Shown here: positions 31,094 through 40,572 of the stretch, piece after piece
How positions within the stretch are numbered: the stretch's first letter is position 1
Layout: each line of letters starts with the position of its first letter
Source: a bacterium
Lineage (GTDB): Bacteria > SAR324 > XYD2-FULL-50-16 > G965216635
Reading direction: 5' to 3'
Assembly (NCBI GenBank): GCA_965216635.1
Contig: OZ244188.1
Coordinates: 1,920,001-1,984,000, forward strand
DNA length: 64,000 nucleotides
Program-made: the position numbers and the translations under genes
The notes under the pieces: model-generated
The model's database searches: none
Seen by the model: only the letters and a program-made list of their open reading frames with translations
What the model was told of the DNA's origin: nothing

Positions 31094-31849
31094 ATGAAAA
31101 TTAGTATAGTAGGTTTAGGAAAAATGGGAAGGCTAGTGAAAAAAACCGCTCAAGAGGAAAATATAGAAGTTCTCTCTACAATAGACCCCCACCAAAAAGA
31201 CGCTGATTTTACAGAAATTAGTGAGCTATCTTTACAGGAAACAGATGTTTGTATTTGTTTCACACAACCGACTGCTGCCTTAGAAAATATAGAAAAAATC
31301 GCTTCTTTTAAAAAAAAAATCGTGATGGCTACAACTGGTTGGGAAGATAAACTAGAGCAAGCAAAAAAAATCATCCAACAGAATAAAACCGCAATGATTT
31401 ACGCTTCCAATTTTTCTATTGGAGTAAATATTTTTTTCAAACTTGTAGAAGAATCTGCTAAAATCATCAATCATTTTGAAGACTACGATGTGCTAGGTTG
31501 GGAAATGCACCACAATCGCAAACTAGATTCTCCATCTGGAACAGCAAAAACAATCGTGGCTAGTCTGCTAAAAAATATCCAAAGAAAAAAAGAAGCCGTC
31601 TACGATAGGTTAAACAGAAAAATCACAGCAGCTGAACTTCATTTTGCTTCTATCAGAGGGGGAGATATAGCTGGAACACACAACATTGGTTATGAATCCG
31701 AGTTTGATAGCATAGAATTAAAACATACCGCTAAAACTCGTTTGGGTTTCGCTAAAGGCTCGTTGCTAGCTGCCCGTTGGTTGATGAGCGAAAAGGAAGG
31801 GTTTTTTACAGAAAAGGATTTGATGGATCACCTTGTTTCCTCAGTTTAA
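31094..31849 (+). CDS. dapB: 4-hydroxy-tetrahydrodipicolinate reductase
   Basis: GLGKMG, ATTG, SNFSIGV, EMHHNRKLDSPSGTA and FAKGSL.AA. Confidence 0.96.
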   Translation: MKISIVGLGKMGRLVKKTAQEENIEVLSTIDPHQKDADFTEISELSLQETDVCICFTQPTAALENIEKIASFKKKIVMATTGWEDKLEQAKKIIQQNKTAMIYASNFSIGVNIFFKLVEESAKIINHFEDYDVLGWEMHHNRKLDSPSGTAKTIVASLLKNIQRKKEAVYDRLNRKITAAELHFASIRGGDIAGTHNIGYESEFDSIELKHTAKTRLGFAKGSLLAARWLMSEKEGFFTEKDLMDHLVSSV

Positions 31850-31852
31850 ACA

Positions 31853-33442
31853 ATGAAACCACCTGAAAATTATCTATACTATGGAGATAATTTGGAGATT
31901 ATGAAAAAGCTGCTACAAGAAAATAGCAGTTTTATAGATTTGATTTATATTGACCCGCCTTTCAATTCCAAAAAGAATTACAATATTTTATACAAGAATA
32001 GATTTAATGAAGCAGATCAACTTCAAATAGAAGCCTTTAAAGATACTTGGAGCAATGTAGAATATACCAAAAATATAGAAGAAATAAAATCACTAGGTTT
32101 AATAAAAATTGATAATTACTTAAAGTTCATAGAAGATACTATGCCTGATAGTTATGTGTCTTATCTATCTATGATGGCTATTAGGATTTATTATATGCGC
32201 CAATTATTAAAAAAAACGGGAAGTTTTTATCTGCATTGTGACTCTACAATGAGCCACTATTTAAAAACTTTATGTGATTTAATTTTTGGGAATGAAAATT
32301 TTAGAAACGAAATTGTCTGGAGAAGGTCTTATAGTCATAATGATGGAAATAAGTTTGGAGTGATTACTGATACAATTTTTTTCTATTCTAAAACAAAAAT
32401 TTATTTTTATAATAAAGTCTTCATTAAGAGAACAAAAGATGAAACAGAGAAAGAATACCCTTACATTGATGAGAATACTAGAAAAAGATATAAGTCTGTA
32501 TCAATGAATGCGGCAGGGCAAGGTAAAGCAAAATGTTTCGGAAAAAGAGGAATGTTAGAACCAGCGACAGGAACTCATTGGAGATGGTCTCAAGATAGAA
32601 TTAACGAGGGACTAAAAAATGATATTATATTTTTTACTTCAAACAATACTCCTAGGTACAAACAATTTGCAACAAATATTATAGGCAAACAGGTTCAAAA
32701 TTTATGGACGGATTTTATGGCTATTTCTTCACAAGCAAAAGAACGATTGGGTTATCCCACACAGAAACCACTTGCACTATTGGAAAGAATCATACAAGCA
32801 AGTAGCAACAAAGGGGATTTGGTTGCAGATTTTTTCTGTGGTTGCGGGACTACAGTAGACGAAGCTGTAAATTTAGACAGGAAATTTATGGGGGCGGATA
32901 TCTCTACTTTGAGCGTAGCTTTAATAGAAAAAAGACTCAAAGATAGGCATGGTTTTTTGGAAGGCAAAGATTATAAAACCGATGGATTACCAAAAAATAT
33001 AGAACAAGCTAAAAAATTGGCTGAAAAAGATAAATTTGAATTTCAAGATTGGGTTGTTACTCATTTAATCAACGGCGTACCCAACGATAAAAAAACAGGG
33101 GATGGAGGAATAGACGGTTTTTTTTATTTTCAAATTCCTACCCAAAAGAAAAGTAGCTTGTGTTTATTGGAAATCAAAGGAGGCAAAAATTTGTCCATAA
33201 CTCAAGTAAGATCTTTTATTAAAACTTGCCAAGAAAAAGGTAATGCAGGATTGTTGCTGACTATGGGAAACATAACAGACGGAATGAAAAAAGAATGCTA
33301 CGCTCTAGGAAATATAGCACCTGAAATTCCTAAGTGTGATATTATTAGCATAAAGGATCTTTTAGAAGCTAAAAAGCCTCAAATTTTATTTTACAATATT
33401 ACTCAAATTAGAGCTGAACAGAGTAATAGGAGTCTACTTTAA
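31853..33442 (+). CDS. Beta-class amino (N6A/N4C) DNA methyltransferase fused to an Mrr-like PD-(D/E)xK domain
   Basis: YGDNL, IYIDPPF, YPTQKP..LLERII and DFFCGCGTT; C-terminal FEFQDW..DGGIDG..EIKGG. Confidence 0.88.
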   Translation: MKPPENYLYYGDNLEIMKKLLQENSSFIDLIYIDPPFNSKKNYNILYKNRFNEADQLQIEAFKDTWSNVEYTKNIEEIKSLGLIKIDNYLKFIEDTMPDSYVSYLSMMAIRIYYMRQLLKKTGSFYLHCDSTMSHYLKTLCDLIFGNENFRNEIVWRRSYSHNDGNKFGVITDTIFFYSKTKIYFYNKVFIKRTKDETEKEYPYIDENTRKRYKSVSMNAAGQGKAKCFGKRGMLEPATGTHWRWSQDRINEGLKNDIIFFTSNNTPRYKQFATNIIGKQVQNLWTDFMAISSQAKERLGYPTQKPLALLERIIQASSNKGDLVADFFCGCGTTVDEAVNLDRKFMGADISTLSVALIEKRLKDRHGFLEGKDYKTDGLPKNIEQAKKLAEKDKFEFQDWVVTHLINGVPNDKKTGDGGIDGFFYFQIPTQKKSSLCLLEIKGGKNLSITQVRSFIKTCQEKGNAGLLLTMGNITDGMKKECYALGNIAPEIPKCDIISIKDLLEAKKPQILFYNITQIRAEQSNRSLL

Positions 33443-33483
33443 AACGCTCTTTTATCCAAAAGATTTAGCCATTCTACTCCAGT

Positions 33484-34485
33484 CTAATTTTTTGCAACTC
33501 GTTTTCTTCTATAAAAAAGAAAAGGAAAAAAACCTAATAAATAAACAAAAATTTGGTGAATAATAAATAGGTTGAAAATATTAGCTCCTTCTTTTAATCC
33601 AAATAAATTGTAAAGATTTTCAAAGGCAATATGTCCTACACCTATCCCCGCCGGAGAAATGGGAATAGCAGTCGCAATCAAACCTAGCGGAATAAGACTC
33701 ATTTGAGTCCAAAAGGCTAATTTTTCCAGTAGTAAAAGAGCAGCAATTTGATAGAATAATAGGCATATAAGGCTATGAATCACTAAAGAAATAAGTAGTA
33801 GAACTAGCAAGCGTAATTTGTATCGCCGCATGATTTTCAAATTTTGAAAAACCTTTGTTAAAAATTCTCTTATTTCTGTTAGTGGGGGTAGTTTGCTTAA
33901 TATTCTATCTGATAGATTAGTGTGCCAGCTTTTTTGACAATCCTTATTCTTTTTTGGAGAGGGATAAAAAATAAAGCAAAAAAAACAAACAAGAGTAAGT
34001 GCAGCAACGACTATAAATATAGATAGACTAGATGCTAATTCTTTTTGTTCTCCGTTAAGGTTTAATACAGAAAATAAAAATATAAACAAAAGTCCAAACA
34101 AGCCTAAAATTCTATCTATAAAGAGGGTGATATAAATGGAGACTAAATCTGTGTGTTTTTTTTTTGAATGCAGATACAATCCCTTAATCAAATCTCCGCT
34201 GACAAGTCCCGGCAAAGTGACGCTAAAAAAATTGCCAATCCAAGTCAATAAAAAAGCTCGTTTAAAGGGAATTATTAAATCAAATGATTTAAGCAAAATC
34301 CACCACCTTAAATTTTGCAAAAACATAGCCAAGAAAAGAACTGGCAATACTAAAAAAATAAAAAACCGCCAACTTTCTAAAATAATTTTTGTTTGGCTAA
34401 AGTCTAGTTTTTCAGAAGAAATCAACCAATATAACAGTCCTCCCGCAAGAGCAAATTTAAGCAATAAAATAAGTATTTTTTTCAT
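33484..34485 (-). CDS. Lysylphosphatidylglycerol synthase TM-domain (flippase-like) membrane protein
   Basis: RWWILL, GNFFSVTLPGLVSGD, DRILGL and PISPAGIG. Confidence 0.85.
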   Translation of the reverse strand: MKKILILLLKFALAGGLLYWLISSEKLDFSQTKIILESWRFFIFLVLPVLFLAMFLQNLRWWILLKSFDLIIPFKRAFLLTWIGNFFSVTLPGLVSGDLIKGLYLHSKKKHTDLVSIYITLFIDRILGLFGLLFIFLFSVLNLNGEQKELASSLSIFIVVAALTLVCFFCFIFYPSPKKNKDCQKSWHTNLSDRILSKLPPLTEIREFLTKVFQNLKIMRRYKLRLLVLLLISLVIHSLICLLFYQIAALLLLEKLAFWTQMSLIPLGLIATAIPISPAGIGVGHIAFENLYNLFGLKEGANIFNLFIIHQIFVYLLGFFPFLFYRRKRVAKN

Positions 34486-34534
34486 ATTTTGCCAGTTGCT
34501 TCATTGGTATTACCACGTCCGCTGGAAGAGATTT

Positions 34535-35377
34535 TTAAGGAGCTAGGTAGGATAAAATTTTGGAGATTTCACTTCGTAGATTTGCTCTGTGCACTATCCT
34601 ATCTACTACTCCGTGTTGGAGTAAAAATTCTGCTCTTTGAAATCCCTTAGGTAAATCTTGTTTGATGGTTTGTTGAATCACACGCGGTCCTGCAAAACCA
34701 ACTAATGCCCCTGGTTCTACTAAAATAATATCTCCCAACATCGCAATACTAGCAGAAACTCCTCCAGTAGTAGGGTCGGTTAAAAGAGAGATATAAGGCA
34801 ATTTTTTTTCTTTTAAACTGTGGAGGGCAGCAGAAGTTTTTGCCATCTGCATTAAAGATAGAGTGCCTTCTTGCATTCTAGCCCCACCAGACGCAGAAAT
34901 AACAACCAATGGTAAAGATTTTTCTACGCTTCTATCTATTGCACGAGCAATTTTTTCTCCAGCCACAATACCCATAGAACCTCCCATATACATAAAGTTA
35001 AAAGCGCAAATAGAAACTTTTCTGCTCACAATGCTTCCTAAACCGCAAATCACAGATTCATTGCTATTCGCTTTTTTGGGTTCATTTTTAAGACGGCTTT
35101 TATACTTTTTTGTATCAGAAAAACTGATAGGATCTGTGCTGGATAAATTTTTATCCATTTCTTCAAAAGAATTTTTATCTAATAAAAATTTTAGCCTTTC
35201 GTAGCAATCCAAACGAAAATGAAACCCGCAATACTGACAAACCTTTAGATGCTTTTCTAATTCTTTATCGTAAAGTATTTCGCTACATTTACTGCATTTC
35301 AACCAAATCCCCGCTGGAATTTTAGATTCTGTTTTTGTTCCAAAAATACTTGGAGCTAATTTTTCAAACCATGACAT
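34535..35377 (-). CDS. accD: Acetyl-CoA carboxylase carboxyltransferase beta subunit
   Basis: WLKCSKC..CQYC Zn finger, GGSMG, SGGARMQEG, PTTGGV and GFAGPRVI. Confidence 0.98.
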   Translation of the reverse strand: MSWFEKLAPSIFGTKTESKIPAGIWLKCSKCSEILYDKELEKHLKVCQYCGFHFRLDCYERLKFLLDKNSFEEMDKNLSSTDPISFSDTKKYKSRLKNEPKKANSNESVICGLGSIVSRKVSICAFNFMYMGGSMGIVAGEKIARAIDRSVEKSLPLVVISASGGARMQEGTLSLMQMAKTSAALHSLKEKKLPYISLLTDPTTGGVSASIAMLGDIILVEPGALVGFAGPRVIQQTIKQDLPKGFQRAEFLLQHGVVDRIVHRANLRSEISKILSYLAP

Positions 35378-35456
35378 AGTAATTTTAATATATAGGTTTT
35401 ATCTTTTACTGTCTACTTGGCAAGTTCTCAATTATTTATGGATAGGTTAGGCATTT

Positions 35457-35725
35457 TTAATCTATTGAAGTCCCTGCTAACACACCTATAATTGTCGTAA
35501 GAGCAGAACCTAGAATAGTAGAAATAACTATCAGTTCTGTGCCTATGTTTAATTTTATAATACTTAAAAATATGCTGCCCCTACGGTTATGCCGAGTAAA
35601 CCTATAATAATAAAAGAAAGCCATCTTAAAGTTTTTACTCTATTTTCTTTTCTATTGTCTTCAGGGGTATTATTTCTATTTTTTAATTCTTTTGATACTT
35701 TGGGGTCTACTACTGTATTGGACAT
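35457..35725 (-). pseudogene. Frameshifted 2-TM partner gene of a Panacea antitoxin
   Basis: Frame 1: MSNTVVDPKV...RWLSFIIIGLLGITVGAAYF*. Shifted frame continues IFLSIIKLN...TTIIGVLAGTSID*, matching the GFVAGSSID* end of 38572-38937. Confidence 0.7.
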
Positions 35726-36176
35726 TCAAATTCTTTTTTAATTTCTTTAAGAGAGATATTTTTACGGTAGCCTCCATTTGAAAAACTATTATACCAAGCA
35801 CCATTTTTTTTGTGGGTAAGATCTATTAGTTGGCTACCAGTTCTTGAACCATACTCATTAATTGTTTCAAATATAGGTATTGCTTCATTCCCTGAAATTA
35901 CAAAAGTTTGCCCTTCTATATCCATTGTGCTGGTAATTACCTTGTCTCCCAAAGTAGAATATTCTTCATAGACTTCTGGTATTACAGGCCCATATGCCAT
36001 GCTTGAAAAGTCAGAATATCTTCTTTGTATCCGTAATTAAGATACTTCCCAAAACTAAGGTAGAGTAATTTTTGTAATTTAAGAGGTGTGATTAACGATT
36101 TTGAGATATTATTACAATCTCTTAGTATACTATTCACCCAAGCAGAATAAGTTTTCTTGTAATTATCTTTTTTCAT
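35710..36176 (-). pseudogene. Frameshifted Panacea/SocA (DUF4065) antitoxin
   Basis: ITPLKLQKLLY..FQAW in one frame, YGPVIPEVY..LIDLTH..GAW in the next. The junction TGG-CA-TAT-GGG-CCT lacks one base near 35995. Confidence 0.85.
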
Positions 36177-36273
36177 TTTATTGTTCGTTAATTGTTGATA
36201 AGTTAACCTTTTATTTTTGTACTACACTTGTTCAATCTAAAATAAAAACAATTTTATTGCAACAAATAATTTT

Positions 36274-36669
36274 TTACTTCTTACTTACCTTATACAATTT
36301 CTTACCCTGTAATAGCAAAATATAATCCGTTTTTAAGTCTACTATTTTAATATTACCTATTTTTTCACCTTCTTCCACTAGATATTTTTTGTTTTTAAAA
36401 AAGAAAATTCCAGCTCTTCTATCGGGTAAATTCAACCGTCCTTGATATTGAATTTTACCAACAACAAAGTTCACTCCTACTGCTTTGTTTTGAACAGTAT
36501 CCTGATCACTAGCAGTTATAGATTCTGTTTTTTTTTTAGACTTTATCACAACTTTAGCAGAAAAAGGATTCGCCCACAAAGTAAAAACCAGTGAAAAAAA
36601 AGCCAGCAAAGAAAAAAACAACGTTAAAACTAAACTAGTAAAATAGTATTTCATAAATGTTTGATTCAA
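36274..36669 (-). CDS. Hypothetical membrane-anchored protein, PilP/GspC-like
   Basis: N-terminal TM, ANPF, YLVEEGEKIGNIKIVDL; overlaps the upstream gene. Confidence 0.5.
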   Translation of the reverse strand: MNQTFMKYYFTSLVLTLFFSLLAFFSLVFTLWANPFSAKVVIKSKKKTESITASDQDTVQNKAVGVNFVVGKIQYQGRLNLPDRRAGIFFFKNKKYLVEEGEKIGNIKIVDLKTDYILLLQGKKLYKVSKK

Positions 36670-37196
36670 AAGTCTCTAAAAATATAGTGGATAGAAAGCA
36701 TAATATTTAATTGCGGATTTAAGGAATAGATAGAAGAATTGTTTATTTTTATAGCAGAAATCCAAACATTTTCTTTTTTTAAATCTGTAATAAATTGATT
36801 CAAATTTTTATAAGAAGCTAGAAATTGTATTTGTTTTTGCCCCAATGAAAAATCTCCATATTCTTCAAATATATCCTTTTCGTCTAGTATTCTAATTTTA
36901 GAATTTTGCATTATTTTTAATAATTTTTCATTGGTTTTCTCCAGTGGCACATCTAAAACCCACTTTTTCTCTTCTTTTTCTGCTCCAGCGGTAAGGTCGC
37001 TTTGGTATCTATCTAATACTTCCTTTTTAAATTGATTATCTTGTTTTAATTGTCGCAAATTCTCTATTTTTTTTTGGTAGTATTGCTTTTTATCTCCTTG
37101 TGATAAAGTAAAAAATACTAAAAAAATACTGCCAACAAACAAAAAAATAATAACTTTATTTTTTTTGCTGGATTTTACTAAAAACTTTTGAAACAT
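36666..37196 (-). CDS. Hypothetical protein, PilO/GspM-like
   Basis: TM, coiled coil and ASYKNLNQFI..L segment. Confidence 0.5.
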   Translation of the reverse strand: MFQKFLVKSSKKNKVIIFLFVGSIFLVFFTLSQGDKKQYYQKKIENLRQLKQDNQFKKEVLDRYQSDLTAGAEKEEKKWVLDVPLEKTNEKLLKIMQNSKIRILDEKDIFEEYGDFSLGQKQIQFLASYKNLNQFITDLKKENVWISAIKINNSSIYSLNPQLNIMLSIHYIFRDF

Positions 37197-38522
37197 TTAG
37201 AAAATAAAGGAAAAAATAATGCTCGCTGTAGGAAAAAGCACTATAAATGCTATTACAAAAAAATCAGAAACTAAGAAAGCTCCCAACTGACGAAAAATAT
37301 CACCTGATGGAATTTTCGGAAAGGCAGTATGAATCACAAATACATTCAAACCTACAGGAGGTGTGATCAAACCTATTTCTAATAGTTTTACTACTAATAC
37401 CCCAAACCAAATCAAATTCCAACCCAAAGTTTCTGCAATGGGTATCATAAAAGGTAAGGTTAAAACCAAAATCCCTATAGAATCCAAAAACATCCCTAAA
37501 ACGAGATAAATCAAAATCAAAAATAACAAGACTACCCAAGCAGAAGGAGAAACAGAATCTAAGAAAAAGAGCAAATTTTCTATAAAACTGGTAAGTGTTA
37601 AAAAAGTAATGAGCAGTTTTGCTCCAATAGCAATAGAAAAAATTACCGCTGTCTGTAAAACAGACTCCTTTAAAGATTGCCACAGTTCTTTTAGTTTGAG
37701 TTGCTTTTTAATAAAAACTATAAAGATTAGCACACAAAGACTAACAGCCGCAGATTCTGTGGGCGTAAAAAAACCAAAATAAATACCGCTAATAATGAGC
37801 GCCAAAGTAAAGAAAGAAATTAAATTTTGTATGGGAGGCAGTTTGTTGTTTTGTACTTTTTGCAGTTGTTTTTTTTCAGACTCAGAAAGAGCAAAATGAA
37901 ACTTAAAAACTACCACAACGCAATAACCCAAAAAAGTAAGCAGACTTGGAATTATGGCTGCTAAAAAAAGCTTTTGCACTGACTGCTGTGCAAAGTAAGA
38001 ATAAAGAATAAAAAGTATGCTGGGAGGCACAAGCGAGCCTAAAGTGCCGCCTGCAGCAACCGATGCTGCTGCCATACTTGGTTTATAACCGTATTTTAAC
38101 ATCTCAGGAATGGCTATGCGACTTAAAGTAGCTGCACAGACTACACTAGAACCAGAAACAGCTGAAAAACCACCGCATCCAAAAATAGTTGTAATTGCTA
38201 AGCTTCCCGGAATTTTTCTCAAAAGAATAGCCAAAAATGTGTAAAAATCCCTAATTATTCCAGTTCTTCCAGCAAGGTTTCCTACCGCAATAAATAAAGG
38301 AATTAAGCCTAGATGATAGTTATTTAAAAAATCATAGATCGTGGAATGGATTAAAGATTGGGCTGGAACAAAAGAACCTAAAAAATCTAGGGACTGTAAC
38401 GCATAAAATCCATACAACCCCACAATAGAAAAAAAGGAAAGACTATAAAAAATAGGAATTCCTATACTTAAAGAAATTAAGATTAGGAATAAAATAGAGT
38501 AGCAAAATATTTGGATAAACAA
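37197..38522 (-). CDS. TRAP transporter large permease (DctM family)
   Basis: IPLFI, FSAVSGSS, GGTLGSLVPPS, FTPTESAA and EIGLITPPVGLN. Confidence 0.93.
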   Translation of the reverse strand: MFIQIFCYSILFLILISLSIGIPIFYSLSFFSIVGLYGFYALQSLDFLGSFVPAQSLIHSTIYDFLNNYHLGLIPLFIAVGNLAGRTGIIRDFYTFLAILLRKIPGSLAITTIFGCGGFSAVSGSSVVCAATLSRIAIPEMLKYGYKPSMAAASVAAGGTLGSLVPPSILFILYSYFAQQSVQKLFLAAIIPSLLTFLGYCVVVVFKFHFALSESEKKQLQKVQNNKLPPIQNLISFFTLALIISGIYFGFFTPTESAAVSLCVLIFIVFIKKQLKLKELWQSLKESVLQTAVIFSIAIGAKLLITFLTLTSFIENLLFFLDSVSPSAWVVLLFLILIYLVLGMFLDSIGILVLTLPFMIPIAETLGWNLIWFGVLVVKLLEIGLITPPVGLNVFVIHTAFPKIPSGDIFRQLGAFLVSDFFVIAFIVLFPTASIIFSFIF

Positions 38523-38571
38523 AATTTAATAGCAGAAATTGGAAGTAAGAGGCTTCCTTATAAAAGGTTGG

Positions 38572-38937
38572 TTAATCTATTGACGAGCCTGCAACAAATC
38601 CTAAAGCTAAAGTTAAAACACTAAAAACAGAAGCTCCTAAAAATTGGAATATTTGAGATATTAAACTAGCAATTTCTTCATTTTCTGCAGGAACAGCAGA
38701 AGAGACATACCAAATAACCATCAATAGTAAGGCAATAAAACCCAGTCCTACAAAACAATACTTTATAGTTTCTTGCGCTATTTCTAATCTTAATTTTTTT
38801 CTTTCTTTTAATCCCGAGTCTTCCTTTGTTTTTTGACTAATCTCGTGTATTTTTTTTGCCACAGAATTTATTATATCACTATTCTTGGTTATATCTATCT
38901 GAGCAACCGTCTTATTGTTTCCTTTATTTTTTTCCAT
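38572..38937 (-). CDS. Small 2-TM protein overlapping a Panacea gene (candidate toxin/partner)
   Basis: Charged N-terminus and two hydrophobic segments; overlaps the 3' end of 38924-39421. Start is 38937 or 38949. Confidence 0.7.
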   Translation of the reverse strand: MEKNKGNNKTVAQIDITKNSDIINSVAKKIHEISQKTKEDSGLKERKKLRLEIAQETIKYCFVGLGFIALLLMVIWYVSSAVPAENEEIASLISQIFQFLGASVFSVLTLALGFVAGSSID

Positions 38938-39421
38938 ATTCTCTAGCATTTTTTATAAAAAATTTGTAATATGCTTCAATAAATTCTCTATCTATAACTT
39001 TATTTTTTCTGCCATCATAGTATTTGTCCCAAGGAGTTCCTTTTTGGTGTGTCATTTCAATAAAATCTAATCCAGTTTCGCCTTTATAAATAACCCAAAC
39101 GGTTTCAAGTGTTTTTAAGATCTCTATTTCTTCTTTGTCTATTTCAGGCTCAATCAAATCATTTATTTTGGGAGCACGATAAATACCTGCCAAGTTATTA
39201 ATAGTAGATGCCCGTCGTTCTTTAAAATGGTGATACAATTCTGGTATCACAGGGCCAAATCTCCAAGCCTGAACTTCTTCCTCAAATAAATCAAAACTAT
39301 TTAACCCTAAGCTAAAACCCAAAGAAATATAAACTATTTTATTTAGCTTAAGATTATCTAAACTATGATCGTTTTTTTCTAAAAAGAAATTAGCTACAGC
39401 GAATACATCTTGTTGTTTCAT
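38924..39421 (-). CDS. Panacea/SocA (DUF4065) antitoxin-domain protein
   Basis: VANFF, LKLNKIVY, VQAWRFGPVIPELY and MTHQKGTPW. Confidence 0.9.
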   Translation of the reverse strand: MKQQDVFAVANFFLEKNDHSLDNLKLNKIVYISLGFSLGLNSFDLFEEEVQAWRFGPVIPELYHHFKERRASTINNLAGIYRAPKINDLIEPEIDKEEIEILKTLETVWVIYKGETGLDFIEMTHQKGTPWDKYYDGRKNKVIDREFIEAYYKFFIKNAREYGKK

Positions 39422-39570
39422 TTTGTTTTAGGTTTTTAAATTAGAGATAATCTGACTTTTCAAATAGTACTTATACTTTTGACTTAATACTTATAAAAAA
39501 TCAAGGTTTATTTTGATTTTCTTTTATGTAAAATAAATGTTTTTTTAGTTGGTTAGTATTATGTAGTGGG

Positions 39571-40560
39571 CTAAGAATGTCTTTTGCGGTATAGGAAGAA
39601 GACTACGCTAATTACACTCAAACAAAAAAATCCAACCACAATAAAATAAAAAAAAGATCTATTTGCAAATTTTGTTTTAACAATAAAATTTAAACCTTCT
39701 GTGTTTGTGTCTTTTATCTCAATACTTTTGAGCAGATATTTCCCGTCTTGGTTTTGGGTCGTATTTTGTCCTACAACTTCTATTTCTAAATATCTAGGAT
39801 CGTAAAGAATACTAACAGAATTATTTTTTTTAAGAAAAGGTTGAATGTAGTTTAGGCTATTTTTATTCATTGGAATATCATATTCAAAATAAAGATTGGA
39901 TTCTCCGCTAGGCACCGTATAGTTTAGCTCGGCAAGATTATTTTCTAAAGTAGCCGTTAACTCCTCGTCTTTGATCGCAAAGGTCTGAAAGTTTTCTTGT
40001 AACCTGGGTAATTTTCTTTTGAGGGGGTTTTTTTGAGAGCTAACGAAGAAGGTGCTTTTATTTTGAAGGTAAATTACTTCTGTAATACGTATCTTGTTTT
40101 TTATAGGATTAAAAACGAATAGATTGCCGAGATAGTTAATGTCTTTAAGGTTGTAGCGAGTCTCTTTCTTAAAATTAGAAACACCAAAATATTCTATATT
40201 TAATATCTCTTGTAGGTTTTTTTTTAGCTGAATGCGATTAGAAGCGATGCGGTTACCCTGTATTAAAGCTCCTATGAGATATTCTACGTCTTTTTCTTTT
40301 TTAATCATCTTAAAACTGTATTCTCCTTTTCTGTTGCTCTGAGTTCTTTGGATGGGAGTAATGGGTGAAGTCTCTGTGACGGTGGTATCAAATCTTAACA
40401 GCACAATAGGAATATCTGATATTTCTTTTTCTGTAAGATTGGATATAATTTTTCCCTGAATTGTGTAAAGTTTTTCTGTAGCTAGAGCAGAAAAATTTAG
40501 AGCAGAAAATAGGACGACAGTAAAGAGAAAAATGTAAACTGTTTTAGCTATTTCCCTCAT
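39571..40560 (-). CDS. Exported protein with C-terminal membrane anchor (carboxypeptidase-regulatory-like N-domain)
   Basis: Signal peptide, IQGKI...GEYSF beta-sandwich pattern, C-terminal TM followed by basic tail. Confidence 0.6.
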   Translation of the reverse strand: MREIAKTVYIFLFTVVLFSALNFSALATEKLYTIQGKIISNLTEKEISDIPIVLLRFDTTVTETSPITPIQRTQSNRKGEYSFKMIKKEKDVEYLIGALIQGNRIASNRIQLKKNLQEILNIEYFGVSNFKKETRYNLKDINYLGNLFVFNPIKNKIRITEVIYLQNKSTFFVSSQKNPLKRKLPRLQENFQTFAIKDEELTATLENNLAELNYTVPSGESNLYFEYDIPMNKNSLNYIQPFLKKNNSVSILYDPRYLEIEVVGQNTTQNQDGKYLLKSIEIKDTNTEGLNFIVKTKFANRSFFYFIVVGFFCLSVISVVFFLYRKRHS

Positions 40561-40572
40561 TGATACTGTAAA

